Counted from the first letter of the stretch, positions 37,583 through 47,499 are shown. The stretch is 64,000 nt of DNA from Candidatus Saccharimonadia bacterium (GCA_035544015.1 DATKIP010000010.1:6449-70448), one strand, 5' to 3'. Made by a program: numbers and translations. The notes: a model not told the origin generated them from the sequence alone.

Positions 37583-37918
37583 ATGCTCGTGCACATTTCC
37601 GACACCGAATGCATACTGAGCCGGATCGCCGAAGGCTCTGAGCGGCAGCCCCGGGTCACACTCACCCCCTGGGGAGCCCCCTTCGAAGACACCACCCTCA
37701 CACCCTTCGCCACCGGCACCATGGGTTGCCAGGGAGCCTACGTGCTCGTCGGCCTCACCCGCCGAGGCCTCCTGCGCTTCTGCTTCGCACCCTGCTCGTT
37801 CGGCCCATGGCGGCCCGAGCTGGAGTTCGGCCCCGACCGGCAGTCGTACCGGCAGGCAGCCCAACAGCTGAAGCTGATGACCCGCTTCGGCGACCTCCGC
37901 CAGACCGTCAGCGCCTAG
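37583..37918 (+). CDS. small hypothetical protein (about 110 aa) with atypical codon usage; start more likely GTG at 37589
   Basis: Consensus promoter plus AGGAGG plus ORF plus hairpin. ctg/aag-rich codons unlike native + strand genes. Confidence 0.45.
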   Translation: MLVHISDTECILSRIAEGSERQPRVTLTPWGAPFEDTTLTPFATGTMGCQGAYVLVGLTRRGLLRFCFAPCSFGPWRPELEFGPDRQSYRQAAQQLKLMTRFGDLRQTVSA

Positions 37919-37927
37919 CCCGCCACC

Positions 37928-37966
37928 GCGGCTCCTTATCCCTCCACCGAGCGGACAAGGAGCCGC
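37928..37966. terminator. 10-bp perfect hairpin (gcggctcctt ... aaggagccgc, 19-nt loop) between convergent 37583-37918 and ileS
   Basis: Arms read directly; weak T-run on the + side. Confidence 0.45.
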
Positions 37967-37973
37967 TCACCAT

Positions 37974-40898
37974 TTACGCCTTCACGATCCCGATGTACAG
38001 CTCAGCCCCATCCACTTTTACCGGCACCTCACCAGTCGCGCCGGTCGTCAGCAGTTTCGTCGCCAGCGTCTCAGTCTTGATGGTTTCACCATGCGTCCGC
38101 AACGCCGCCGCCAGTTCCGGAGCCTCGGTCGCCAGCGTCAACACAATCCGGTCATCCACTTCCAGCCCCGCCGCCTTGCGCGCGCTCTGTACCTGCCGCA
38201 CCACCTCGCGCATCAACCCTTCGGCCTTCAGCTCGAGCGTGATTTCAATATCGAGCTCTACCATCGCCGTACCGGCCACATGATCCGGATCGCCGCTAGC
38301 CGCCACTACCACCTGCTTCACATTGAGCTCCTCAGCCACGAGCGCCTTCAGCTGCCCAGACGCCTCGTACGTCGGGTCCAACGTGTCTCGCACCGTCGCC
38401 TTCGCCAGCGGCTGCCGCACTTTAATCTTCGCCTCGGCCCGCTTCGCCAATCCCATGGTAATCGCCTCGCGCGTCAGAGCCATTTCGCGAATCAACCGCG
38501 CGTCCACCTCGCCCGCCTCGGGCCAATCACTCAGATGCACGCTCACCACCTCATCCATACCCTCAGTCAAACCACGCCATAGCTTATCCGCCACAAACGG
38601 GCTCCACGGAGCCAAAAGCTGGGCGATCCGGGCAAGGGTATAGTGCAAAGTTACATAGGCGCCGTGCTTATCGCCATCATCCTCGCTCTTCCAAAACCGC
38701 CTTCTGGAACGCCGCACATACCAGTTGGATAAATCGTCAATAAGCAGACGCAGCGGCCGCAGCGCCTGAGCCAGCTCATAGGCATCAGCCGCCGTCGTCA
38801 TCGCCGTCGTCGTTTCGTCCAGCCGCGCCAGCATCCACCGATCGAGCACATTGTCGCTCGCCGGCCGCACCAGCTTCTTGCCCGGCTTCCATCCATCAAT
38901 CTCCGCGTACATGCTCAAAAACGAGTAGCTATTCCACAGCGTGCCAAACACATTGCGCTGAATATCCCGCATCGCCTCGCGGTTAAACCGCATATAGTCC
39001 GCGCCCACCGCCTGGTCGTTGCCCAGCAAGTAAAACCGCAGCGTATCAGCTCCTTCGGTCGCAAACACGTCCTCCACCGGCGGATAATTCCGCAGCCGCT
39101 TGCTCAATTTCTGCCCATCCGCCGCCATCACCATGCCGTTCACGAGCACGTTCTTGTACGCCGGCCGGTCAAATGCAATCGTGCTCAAAACATGCAACAC
39201 ATAAAACCACAGCCGCGTCTGATCCAATCCCTCACCCACATAATCAGCCGGGAAGCTCTCATCAAACACTGTCTCATTCTCAAACGGATAATGCTGCTGC
39301 GCCACCGGCATCGAACCGCTCTCAAACCAGCAGTCAAACACCTCCTCGACCCGCTTATAAACCTTGCCGTCCTTGCGAATCACCACCTCGTCGATGCCCG
39401 GCCGGTGCAAATCCTCGGGCTTGCCCTCAAGGCCCGCCAGCTTCACCAGCTCATCCAGACTCCCCACTACCAAATAGTCATCCGCATCCTTCTCATTCAC
39501 CCAGATCGGCAGCGGCGCGCCCCAGTACCGGTTGCGCGAAATCGCCCAGTCCCTGGCCCCCTCCAGCCACTTCCCAAACCGGCCGTCTTTAATATGCGCC
39601 GGCTGCCAATGAATCTGCTCCGCCGTGCGCATCATATCGTCCCGCACCGCCGACACCTTCACAAACCAGGTCGTAATAGCGTAATACAGCAGCGGCGAGT
39701 CACACCGGTAGCAAAACGGATACGTATGCGTAAACGTCTCCGCCGCATACACCCGTCCCGCCCGCGTCAAATGCTCCACGATCGCCGGGTCCGCCTCCTT
39801 AAAGAACACCCCCTCCACCTCATCCAGCCCCATCCCCGGCTTCACGCGCCCGCTCGTGTCCACCGTAGTAAGCACGGGGAAGCCATTATCCTGGCCGATC
39901 TTAAGGTCTTCCTCGCCGTACGCCGCCGACACATGCAGCACACCCGTGCCATCCTCCACGCTCACCGTATCCGAGAGCCGCACCTGGTACAAATTCTCAT
40001 ACCCCTCAAGCTTGTCCAGCCCCTCCACCGTAAACAGCGGCTCATACCGCTTACCCGCCAGCTCACGGGCGCTCACCTTCTTGAGCACCGTGAAGTCATC
40101 ACCTTTGAGCGCGCTCAAGCGCTTCTCGGCCAGCACCAGCACCTCATCCCCCTCCGTCGTCTGCACATACACATACGCCTCATCCGGATGCACCGCCACC
40201 GCCCCGTTGCCGCTCAGGCTCCATGGCGTCGTCGTCCACGCCAGCAGGCTCGCGTCCTCATCCACCAGCTTAAACTTCACATACAGGCTCGGGTCCGGCA
40301 CATCGTCCTTATACCCCTCATTCACCTCAAAATTGCTCAGCGGCGTCTCGCACCGCGGACAATACGGCATGCTCTTATACCCCCGATACAGCAGCCCCTT
40401 CTCGTTCACCCGGCCCAGCATCCACCACACACTCTCGGTGTAGTCGCGGTCGATAGTAGCATAAGCATTCTCAGTATCAGTCCACCGCCCAATGCGCCGG
40501 AAAAATTCCTCCCAATCGCCCTTGTACTTGAACACGCTCGCCCGGCAGGCCTCATTAAACTTCGCCAGCCCCAGCTCCAAAATCTGCTTCTTCCCGCTCA
40601 CCCCCAGCTCTTTCTCAATCGCAAACTCCACCGGCAACCCATGCGTATCCCACCCGTTCCGGCGCTCCACATACTCACCCTGCATCGTGTGATACCGGCC
40701 CAGCGAGTCCTTAATAGCAGTCACCAACGAATGCCCAAAATGCGGCAACCCATTCGCAAACGGCGGCCCATCATAAAACGAATACCGAGGCTTACCCTCG
40801 CGATTCTTCAAGCTCGCTTCAAATGTCTTCTCATCACTCCACGCTTTCAGCATTTCGGCTTCAAAAGCGGGAAAATCGGCTTGTGGTGCTTTCTTCAT
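37974..40898 (-). CDS. ileS: isoleucyl-tRNA synthetase
   Basis: HIGH-region PFANGLPHFGHSL. KMSKS variant GQKLSKRLRN. 974 aa with class-I editing-domain architecture. Confidence 0.95.
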   Translation of the reverse strand: MKKAPQADFPAFEAEMLKAWSDEKTFEASLKNREGKPRYSFYDGPPFANGLPHFGHSLVTAIKDSLGRYHTMQGEYVERRNGWDTHGLPVEFAIEKELGVSGKKQILELGLAKFNEACRASVFKYKGDWEEFFRRIGRWTDTENAYATIDRDYTESVWWMLGRVNEKGLLYRGYKSMPYCPRCETPLSNFEVNEGYKDDVPDPSLYVKFKLVDEDASLLAWTTTPWSLSGNGAVAVHPDEAYVYVQTTEGDEVLVLAEKRLSALKGDDFTVLKKVSARELAGKRYEPLFTVEGLDKLEGYENLYQVRLSDTVSVEDGTGVLHVSAAYGEEDLKIGQDNGFPVLTTVDTSGRVKPGMGLDEVEGVFFKEADPAIVEHLTRAGRVYAAETFTHTYPFCYRCDSPLLYYAITTWFVKVSAVRDDMMRTAEQIHWQPAHIKDGRFGKWLEGARDWAISRNRYWGAPLPIWVNEKDADDYLVVGSLDELVKLAGLEGKPEDLHRPGIDEVVIRKDGKVYKRVEEVFDCWFESGSMPVAQQHYPFENETVFDESFPADYVGEGLDQTRLWFYVLHVLSTIAFDRPAYKNVLVNGMVMAADGQKLSKRLRNYPPVEDVFATEGADTLRFYLLGNDQAVGADYMRFNREAMRDIQRNVFGTLWNSYSFLSMYAEIDGWKPGKKLVRPASDNVLDRWMLARLDETTTAMTTAADAYELAQALRPLRLLIDDLSNWYVRRSRRRFWKSEDDGDKHGAYVTLHYTLARIAQLLAPWSPFVADKLWRGLTEGMDEVVSVHLSDWPEAGEVDARLIREMALTREAITMGLAKRAEAKIKVRQPLAKATVRDTLDPTYEASGQLKALVAEELNVKQVVVAASGDPDHVAGTAMVELDIEITLELKAEGLMREVVRQVQSARKAAGLEVDDRIVLTLATEAPELAAALRTHGETIKTETLATKLLTTGATGEVPVKVDGAELYIGIVKA

Positions 40899-41110
40899 GG
40901 GTGCTCCTTAAATACAAAAATCCATCCGTTTGCAGGGACCCTTTCGGGCGGTTCCACCCTGCTTTCCAGATGGGACACTTCATTCGTTCTCGATTAACGT
41001 CCGAGACATTTACGTCGGGTTCTACTCTCGCTTATCAGACGATTTCTTCCCGCAGCTTCGCGGTTGATAGCCGCTCATGCGCTTTTTCAGCACAGTGCTT
41101 TTATCTAATT
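40899..41110 (-). promoter_or_regulatory. T-box riboswitch leader of ileS (approximate extent)
   Basis: The mRNA strand carries AAAGCAGGGUGGAACCGCCCG (T-box consensus AGGGUGGNACCGCG), followed by a GC stem, a U5 run and AAGGAG 8 nt before the AUG. Confidence 0.6.
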
Positions 41111-41191
41111 GTGAGGCTATAATACCATATTAGAGACAATAAATGAACGAGCTGATCAAATAATTAAGAGCTAACCCTGTAAAGAAACATC

Positions 41192-42196
41192 ATGAAGACA
41201 ATCAGCAATAAGGAACTAAAAGAAATAATCCAAAGCGGCCATATTAACCTCCTACTAGGATCTGGGTGCTCGCGCGATTACCTTGCAACTCTCCAGGACA
41301 TCGAAGAAAGGATGAATAATGAGGCCACAAAGGAAGCTGCGCAAAAAGACTACTACAAACTGATCCTTAAATCCAAAGCAGTCCTTGATGAAACTTTAGA
41401 AACCAGTCCAACCGAGAAAAGAAAATTACTAAAGACACGACAAAACTACGACTCGTTCCTCGGCTTTTGGGTCGACACAGTCGCCAAAAGGTCACTACAT
41501 ATCGTCAATAAACAAATAAATATATTTACGACCAACTTTGACATGTTCATTGAAGCATCCTGCGAGAGGCTTAATATTCCATACAACGATGGCTTCGCAG
41601 GTCAAATCAACCCTGTTTTTAGCGTATCTAACTTCAATAAAATTCAAAAATACAAAAGCCTACAGTTTGATAACACTTCAGATATTCCCCTGTTCAACAT
41701 CATTAAGTTACACGGCTCGCTATCATGGCAAGCAAAAGACGAAGTGATCACCTATTCAAACGGACAACACATCGAGAACGGCCTGGACACCAAAACAGGC
41801 ACCGATTTTGATGAAGGCTACAAGCAAATCGCAGTTATTAATCCGAATGCTGAAAAGCATTTCGAAACGGTGCTTAACAGAAGCTACGCATCAATGCTGC
41901 GTAAGTTCACATTAGAGCTTGAAAAAGAAAACAGCGTATTACTAATTGCCGGATTCTCGCTGTCGGATAAACACATAAAAGACCTCCTATACGGGGTCAT
42001 GAAGTCAAACCCCACTCTTGTGGTCATCTATTTCGCGCATTCCCCATATAACGAGGCATCAGACAAGCTTAACGAAAAAAAGAACCCCAACCTGTATATA
42101 ATCTCTCCGGAAACCGAATTCTCGCTCGAGGAGATTACTGCCTATATTTCAAAAATTTTCAACGACAAACCTGAGGTTCACGAGGATGGCGAATAA
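41192..42196 (+). CDS. SIR2-like (SIR2_2 family) NADase-type defence protein; partner of HerA
   Basis: INLLLGSGCS Rossmann start, FTTNFDMFIE (TTNYD-like) and KLHGS motifs. AT-rich. 11-nt overlap with the downstream gene. Confidence 0.8.
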   Translation: MKTISNKELKEIIQSGHINLLLGSGCSRDYLATLQDIEERMNNEATKEAAQKDYYKLILKSKAVLDETLETSPTEKRKLLKTRQNYDSFLGFWVDTVAKRSLHIVNKQINIFTTNFDMFIEASCERLNIPYNDGFAGQINPVFSVSNFNKIQKYKSLQFDNTSDIPLFNIIKLHGSLSWQAKDEVITYSNGQHIENGLDTKTGTDFDEGYKQIAVINPNAEKHFETVLNRSYASMLRKFTLELEKENSVLLIAGFSLSDKHIKDLLYGVMKSNPTLVVIYFAHSPYNEASDKLNEKKNPNLYIISPETEFSLEEITAYISKIFNDKPEVHEDGE

Positions 42197-44075
42197 TTTC
42201 AGTCTACAAGAACGCCTAACCAGTGATTCGGTTTTTACAATCGGTAGCGTATACAGTGTCAAGGGAAAAGACATTGTTGTTAAGGTTAATAAGGACAAGA
42301 ATCTCCCCCATCTATTCTTTAAAGGACGGACGATTAAAAATGTCTCCGTCGGACTCTCGAACTACATTAAAATCCTGAAAGGCTTCACTGAGATCATATG
42401 CAAAGTTGAAGGCGAATACCTTGAGGAAGACAAATTCCAGGCCAACAAAAGCTATGCCAATGAAAAACAAAAAATAAACCGCTTCCTGAATGTTTCAGTT
42501 TTCGGTTTTTATGACGACGATCACAACTTCCAGCATGGCATAAAAGAGATGCCGCTGATAGGCAGCGAGTGCAAATTACTTTCAAGAAGCGAGTTTGAAA
42601 AACTCCATAAACTATCTAACGAAAAAGAACTCTCAATACCACTTGGCTCGTTAATTGATGAGGAAACACAAAATATATCTATCGCGGTTAAAAAACTATT
42701 TGCGGGACATATTGGTATCTTCGGCAATACTGGTTCCGGCAAGTCCAACACCCTCGCCAAAATGTACTCTGAGTTATTCAAACTAAATAATCTAAGCGGC
42801 AACTTCAAATCAAAGTCAAAGTTCATATTCATCGACTTCAACGGCGAATATTCGAAAGCGACAAACGATCACATCCTAACAGACCAAAAAATCCTATATA
42901 AATTAAAAACACGCGACAATACAGGAAGCAAATATCCCATCTTAAAGTCAGAGCTTGAGAAATTGGAGGTTCTGTCAATTCTATTGGATGCCACAGAAAA
43001 GACACAGCAGCCCTTCTTATACAGAGCAATTGATAGAGACTGGTTTGATACTGATAACGCAAACCACGAAAAAGAGATCAGAAGCATTACCCAAAAACTA
43101 AAAGACATCCTAGTCATGAAGGATAAAAGCTTTAATGTTCCATTTCTCAAAAAGTTCGTTAAGGACTTTGAACAGCTAGGTTTTAAGATAGTTGGAGATA
43201 GCAAGAATATTGACGATCTAAAATACCACGGTAACGACAATTGCGCTTTCTACTTCATTAGCGGTGGCATTAAGGTTTATGCAGACACAAATGAAAGCGC
43301 TTTTATTGGGGAAGCCGGGTACTTTAACGTATCAGTCAGAACACCATTAAACATCTTGCAGCAGATACAGTTCAAAGTATTAGACCAATATTACTTCGAA
43401 ATTCTTAATGGGTACGCAAATCAAGAGCATATTAGCCCTTTAGTTGGACGTCTGAAAAAACGCTTCGACATGCTGAATAAGGTGTTTGATATTAGGAATG
43501 AGCTTCCAGATTCCACTGGGTCAAATGTACACATTATTGACTTAAAAAACGTCAATTTAGAAGTTAAAAAGATAATCCCTTTATTAATCTGCAAGACGAA
43601 TTACGACAACCAAAAGGAAAAAAGAGAAACCGACAAGAATAACTCGCTCAACATTATCATCGACGAGGCGCACAATATTCTCTCAGAAAATTCGAGTCGA
43701 GAGGCAGAATCTTGGAAGGATTACCGTCTTGAAACGTTCGAAGAAATTATTAAAGAAGGGAGAAAGTTCGGCGTTTTTCTTACCATCGCCAGCCAACGCC
43801 CATCGGACATCTCCCCTACCATCATCTCGCAACTCCACAACTACTTCATCCATAGGCTAATGAATGACAATGACTTGTGGGCAATCAATAAAGCCGTTAG
43901 CTACCTTGATAAGCTTTCATTTGATTCAATATCAAATTTATCAATAGGCTGCTGTTTTATTGCAGGACAGATGACGCAGTTTCCATTGTCAGTAAAGGTA
44001 GGCCTGCTAGACAGGGACGAACAACCGCAAAGTGAAACAATCGATCTGGACGAACTTTGGCGATCAGACCTATGA
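42186..44075 (+). CDS. HerA-like (DUF87) FtsK/HerA-superfamily ATPase of the SIR2-HerA anti-phage system
   Basis: Walker A GNTGSGKSN, Walker B IIIDEAHN, FLTIASQRPSDISPTIISQLHNYFIHRL, N-terminal barrel-like VYSVKGKDIVVKV. Confidence 0.85.
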   Translation: MANNFSLQERLTSDSVFTIGSVYSVKGKDIVVKVNKDKNLPHLFFKGRTIKNVSVGLSNYIKILKGFTEIICKVEGEYLEEDKFQANKSYANEKQKINRFLNVSVFGFYDDDHNFQHGIKEMPLIGSECKLLSRSEFEKLHKLSNEKELSIPLGSLIDEETQNISIAVKKLFAGHIGIFGNTGSGKSNTLAKMYSELFKLNNLSGNFKSKSKFIFIDFNGEYSKATNDHILTDQKILYKLKTRDNTGSKYPILKSELEKLEVLSILLDATEKTQQPFLYRAIDRDWFDTDNANHEKEIRSITQKLKDILVMKDKSFNVPFLKKFVKDFEQLGFKIVGDSKNIDDLKYHGNDNCAFYFISGGIKVYADTNESAFIGEAGYFNVSVRTPLNILQQIQFKVLDQYYFEILNGYANQEHISPLVGRLKKRFDMLNKVFDIRNELPDSTGSNVHIIDLKNVNLEVKKIIPLLICKTNYDNQKEKRETDKNNSLNIIIDEAHNILSENSSREAESWKDYRLETFEEIIKEGRKFGVFLTIASQRPSDISPTIISQLHNYFIHRLMNDNDLWAINKAVSYLDKLSFDSISNLSIGCCFIAGQMTQFPLSVKVGLLDRDEQPQSETIDLDELWRSDL

Positions 44076-44122
44076 ACCAGCCACCCGATCCATCACCGAC
44101 GGCTTAAAACACAGCATATAAC

Positions 44123-45397
44123 TCAGGGGGTTTTCCACCCTTGCTGTTTCAAATATTCTTTTAGCATGTCTTTGTTTGGAGTGTGCATTCCAAAATCCCA
44201 ATAAAATCTTTCAACTGTTTCAAGAACTTCGGTGCTTAACGACTCAATATCATTAAGCTTTACGGTGTCTAAATTAGCCACCTCCCACTCGTAAGACCCA
44301 AGTTTGGTAAGCTCGGACCCACTCCCAAACGAGCTCCGTTGCCAACCATCAGGTAAGGGCCCATAAACAGCCACTCCCTTGGCTTTATCCAATGATATTC
44401 TGCAAGTCAACAAACCATTGAAGCCGATAAGATTGTAGAATTTCTTCGCAACCTCGAGTTGCCTTACCAAATTCGATACCATATGCCCCATGGCGATCTG
44501 ACGAATACCTTTGGTCGGATCAGCGCTTAGAACATCGACAACCGAGTCAATCACACCTTTTTCTGTCACCTCGCCGTATCTGAAATCACTATCAATCCAC
44601 GACCAAGCAGCAAACATTATGCCTCCAGGCATCGTTTCGACATTGAGCTCCGGAAAATCTCTATAAAATCTTGTTCGGACGCGATATTCATCAAGTTTAT
44701 CCTTGATAAATCGATAGTTAACAATTGCTTCAGATGGAGAAATTGGCATGATCGTAACTCTAAAAGGCGATTCTATTTCTGCCGGCTCATGCTTTGAAAC
44801 GCTACTCGGGTCCAATTGTCTCTTTTCTTTCCATTCGCCGATAGCCCTGTCTAGCGCTGCTCTGTAAATGAGATCAGAGCTAGCAAGAGCATCTTGGCGC
44901 AGAACTTGAGCTCTTGCCTTTTTCTCATGCAGCTTCTCTAACTCACGCGAATCGGCATTTCGGAGAGGTGTACTAATATTGCCTGTTCTTAACCGTATCG
45001 TAGAATCACTATTCGACATATAGGGTGGCTGATCACCCTCAAAAATCTTTACCAGCAAAAATATCTTCCCAGCCTTTTCGTCCGTTGCTCGTACTTCATA
45101 CCGAGGAAAAGGTGACACATTTGAAGCAAACTGATGCACTTGGTCTATGAGTTTGCCATCAAATACGATACCTTCATATGTTTTAGGCTTTCCGGTGACG
45201 CTATCTTCCTCGACACCAATAATAATTAGCCCACCGTGTGTATTGGAAAAAGTAGCAAAATGCTTCGATAAATCGCCTGGCATGGACTTCTTATAATCCA
45301 ACACGGCCGATTCGAGTGTTTCTGCACGACAACACTCCACTACGTCATCAAATGTAATTTCTTGAAACGCTTTGGTCAGTATATTCATAAAGGCCAT
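44123..45397 (-). CDS. AlbA_2 (Schlafen-like) domain protein, probable defence-island gene
   Basis: N-terminal ESAVLDYKKSMPGDLSKHFATFSNTHGGLIIIGVEE matches the AlbA_2 core (E..K......k.i.AfaNt.GG.l.iGv.d). AT-rich. Alternative ATG at 45388. Confidence 0.65.
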   Translation of the reverse strand: MAFMNILTKAFQEITFDDVVECCRAETLESAVLDYKKSMPGDLSKHFATFSNTHGGLIIIGVEEDSVTGKPKTYEGIVFDGKLIDQVHQFASNVSPFPRYEVRATDEKAGKIFLLVKIFEGDQPPYMSNSDSTIRLRTGNISTPLRNADSRELEKLHEKKARAQVLRQDALASSDLIYRAALDRAIGEWKEKRQLDPSSVSKHEPAEIESPFRVTIMPISPSEAIVNYRFIKDKLDEYRVRTRFYRDFPELNVETMPGGIMFAAWSWIDSDFRYGEVTEKGVIDSVVDVLSADPTKGIRQIAMGHMVSNLVRQLEVAKKFYNLIGFNGLLTCRISLDKAKGVAVYGPLPDGWQRSSFGSGSELTKLGSYEWEVANLDTVKLNDIESLSTEVLETVERFYWDFGMHTPNKDMLKEYLKQQGWKTP

Positions 45398-45455
45398 TAT
45401 ACGTCTCTGACGAACCAACCGTTACATTGCCAAATGAACCAAAAAGCTGTCCAGC

Positions 45456-46289
45456 CTACCGCTTGTCCATCGTATCCGGATGCGCACCCAGCCGCTCGTC
45501 CCGGTTCAGGGCCGAAATCGCCTGCACATCCGCCGCGTCGAGCTCAAAATCAAAGATGTCCCGGTTCTCGCGGATGCGCTCCGGCTTGGACGACCGCGGG
45601 ATCACCACCAACCCCAGCTGGATGTGCCACCGCAGCACCACCTGCGCCGGCGTCTTGCCATACTTAGCCGCCATATCGCGCAGCACGTCCGGCATGCCCT
45701 CGCCGATCACGCCCCGCAACGGACTCCACGACTCCGTCACAATCCCGTGCGCCGCATCGTACGCCCGCACCTCGGCTTGCGTCAGCAGCGGATGCAATTC
45801 CACCTGATTCACCGCCGGCACCACTTCGCACTCCGCCGCCAGCCGCTCCACATGCGCCGGCTGAAAGTTGCTCACCCCGATCGCCTTCACCCGGCCCTCC
45901 TTATAGAGCCGCTCCATCGCCTTCCAGCTCTCCACGTACGTGTCGTACATTGGCTGCGGCCAGTGGATGAGGTACAAATCCAGGTAGTCCAGGCCCAGCC
46001 GCTCCAAGCTCGCCTCGAAGGCTTTGATGGTAGAGTCGTAGCCCTGGTCGCTATTCCACAGTTTGCTCGTCACAAAGAGCTCCGCGCGCGGCACGCCACT
46101 CTGGCGCACGGCCTCCCCCACCCCGGCTTCGTTGCGGTAAATCGCCGCCGTATCAATCAGCCGGTACCCGGCCGCAATCGCCGCCTGCACATTATCCGCC
46201 GCCTCGTCTTCCGGTATCCGCCACACACCCAAGCCAAATTGAGGCATAGCAAGACCATTATTGAGCTTTACTGATGGGATATCAGACAT
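45456..46289 (-). CDS. aldo/keto reductase (DkgA-like)
   Basis: LNNGLAMPQFGLGVW, LIDTAAIYRNE, LYLIHWP are canonical AKR motifs. Confidence 0.85.
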   Translation of the reverse strand: MSDIPSVKLNNGLAMPQFGLGVWRIPEDEAADNVQAAIAAGYRLIDTAAIYRNEAGVGEAVRQSGVPRAELFVTSKLWNSDQGYDSTIKAFEASLERLGLDYLDLYLIHWPQPMYDTYVESWKAMERLYKEGRVKAIGVSNFQPAHVERLAAECEVVPAVNQVELHPLLTQAEVRAYDAAHGIVTESWSPLRGVIGEGMPDVLRDMAAKYGKTPAQVVLRWHIQLGLVVIPRSSKPERIRENRDIFDFELDAADVQAISALNRDERLGAHPDTMDKR

Positions 46290-46371
46290 CTGTGTTTCTC
46301 TCCTATTCTGAGATTATACCGCCACGGCCCCCATACTCCCCAGCCCCCGTAGCGTGCTGTAAACTAAACCT

Positions 46372-46833
46372 ATGCAACAGCCAAAGCCCTCAAACTTTCC
46401 ACCCAACCCCGCCCTTCAGCGTTTCAGTCCCATCATCGGGACCTGGGACACCACCGGTACCCATGGGATGATCCCCGGCACCATTCTTCATGGCCGCACG
46501 TCCTTTGAGTGGCACGACGGCTTTATCCGCATGAATTCAAGCATTCAAGAACCCGTCGGCATCCCCGCCGGCCTGGCCGTCATTGGCAGTGACGACGAGC
46601 TGGATACCTATACCATGCAGTACTACGACACGCGAGGCGTCTCGCGAAACTATAGCGTCAGCATCCAGCACAACGTCATGAAATGGTGGCGCGATGCTTC
46701 CAGCTTCTCCCAGCGCTATAGCCTCACCATTTCCGCGAACGGACGCACCATGACGGGTAAAGGCGAATTATCCAAAGATGGGTCAAACTGGGAAAAGGAT
46801 CTCGATCTGGATTACCAGAAAGTTAAGGGTTAA
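46372..46833 (+). CDS. hypothetical protein (beta-rich, lipocalin/DUF1579-like?)
   Basis: 153-aa ORF with native C-rich wobble; no firm motif. Confidence 0.4.
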   Translation: MQQPKPSNFPPNPALQRFSPIIGTWDTTGTHGMIPGTILHGRTSFEWHDGFIRMNSSIQEPVGIPAGLAVIGSDDELDTYTMQYYDTRGVSRNYSVSIQHNVMKWWRDASSFSQRYSLTISANGRTMTGKGELSKDGSNWEKDLDLDYQKVKG

Positions 46834-46846
46834 ACAAGGAGCCGTC

Positions 46847-47137
46847 ATGTCTTTCCAAGCATACCTAGACAATATCGAGACCAAAACGGGCAAAAGCCCG
46901 CAGGACTTCATTACCCTCGCCAAGGCCAAAGGTTTCGACGACCCCGCCACCAAAGCCGGCGCCATCGTCGCCTGGCTCAAGGAAGACTTCGACCTCGGTC
47001 ACGGCCATGCCATGGCCCTCGTGCACGTCATAAAGCACGGCGCCCAGATCAGCGACAAACACGTGGACTCAGGCGGCGCTCACAGCGACCCGTCAAATAC
47101 CTTAAAACTCGACGGCAAAGAAGGAGGCCGATCATGA
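46847..47137 (+). CDS. DUF4287-like small protein
   Basis: MSFQAYLDNIETKTGKSPQDF...IVAWLKEDFDLGHGHAMALV. AAGGAG RBS 7 nt upstream of ATG 46847. Confidence 0.55.
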   Translation: MSFQAYLDNIETKTGKSPQDFITLAKAKGFDDPATKAGAIVAWLKEDFDLGHGHAMALVHVIKHGAQISDKHVDSGGAHSDPSNTLKLDGKEGGRS

Positions 47138-47499
47138 CCAAACAATCCATCACCGGTATCGGCGCTGTAATGTTCCGCGCCAAGGACCCGGCCGCCCTCA
47201 CCAAATGGTACGACGACAACTTAGGCATCACCGCCATGAGCGCGGCCAACCCCGAGCCCTGGCATCAGGAAGCCGGCCCCACCGTTTTTTCACCGGCCGA
47301 CGCCGACACCGATTACTTCCCCGCCCACCAGCAATTCCTGCTGAATTTCCGCGTGTCAGACCTGGACGCCATGCTCGAACAGCTGGGAGCCAGCGGCGTC
47401 AAAATTGACGACAAACGCGTGAACGAAGACTACGGCCGCTTTGCCTGGGTATACGACCCCGAAGGCAACAAAATTGAGCTCTGGCAGCCGCTCGACTAG
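47134..47499 (+). CDS. VOC/glyoxalase-family protein
   Basis: 121 aa. GRFAWVYDPEGNKIELWQ is the typical VOC C-terminal strand. ATGA overlap with the upstream gene. Confidence 0.6.
   Translation: MTKQSITGIGAVMFRAKDPAALTKWYDDNLGITAMSAANPEPWHQEAGPTVFSPADADTDYFPAHQQFLLNFRVSDLDAMLEQLGASGVKIDDKRVNEDYGRFAWVYDPEGNKIELWQPLD

Noticed and set aside
44101-44140. Possible terminator between HerA and the AlbA_2 gene (cagggggttttccaccc)
   Set aside because: Stem is only 3-4 bp with mismatches; not convincing.
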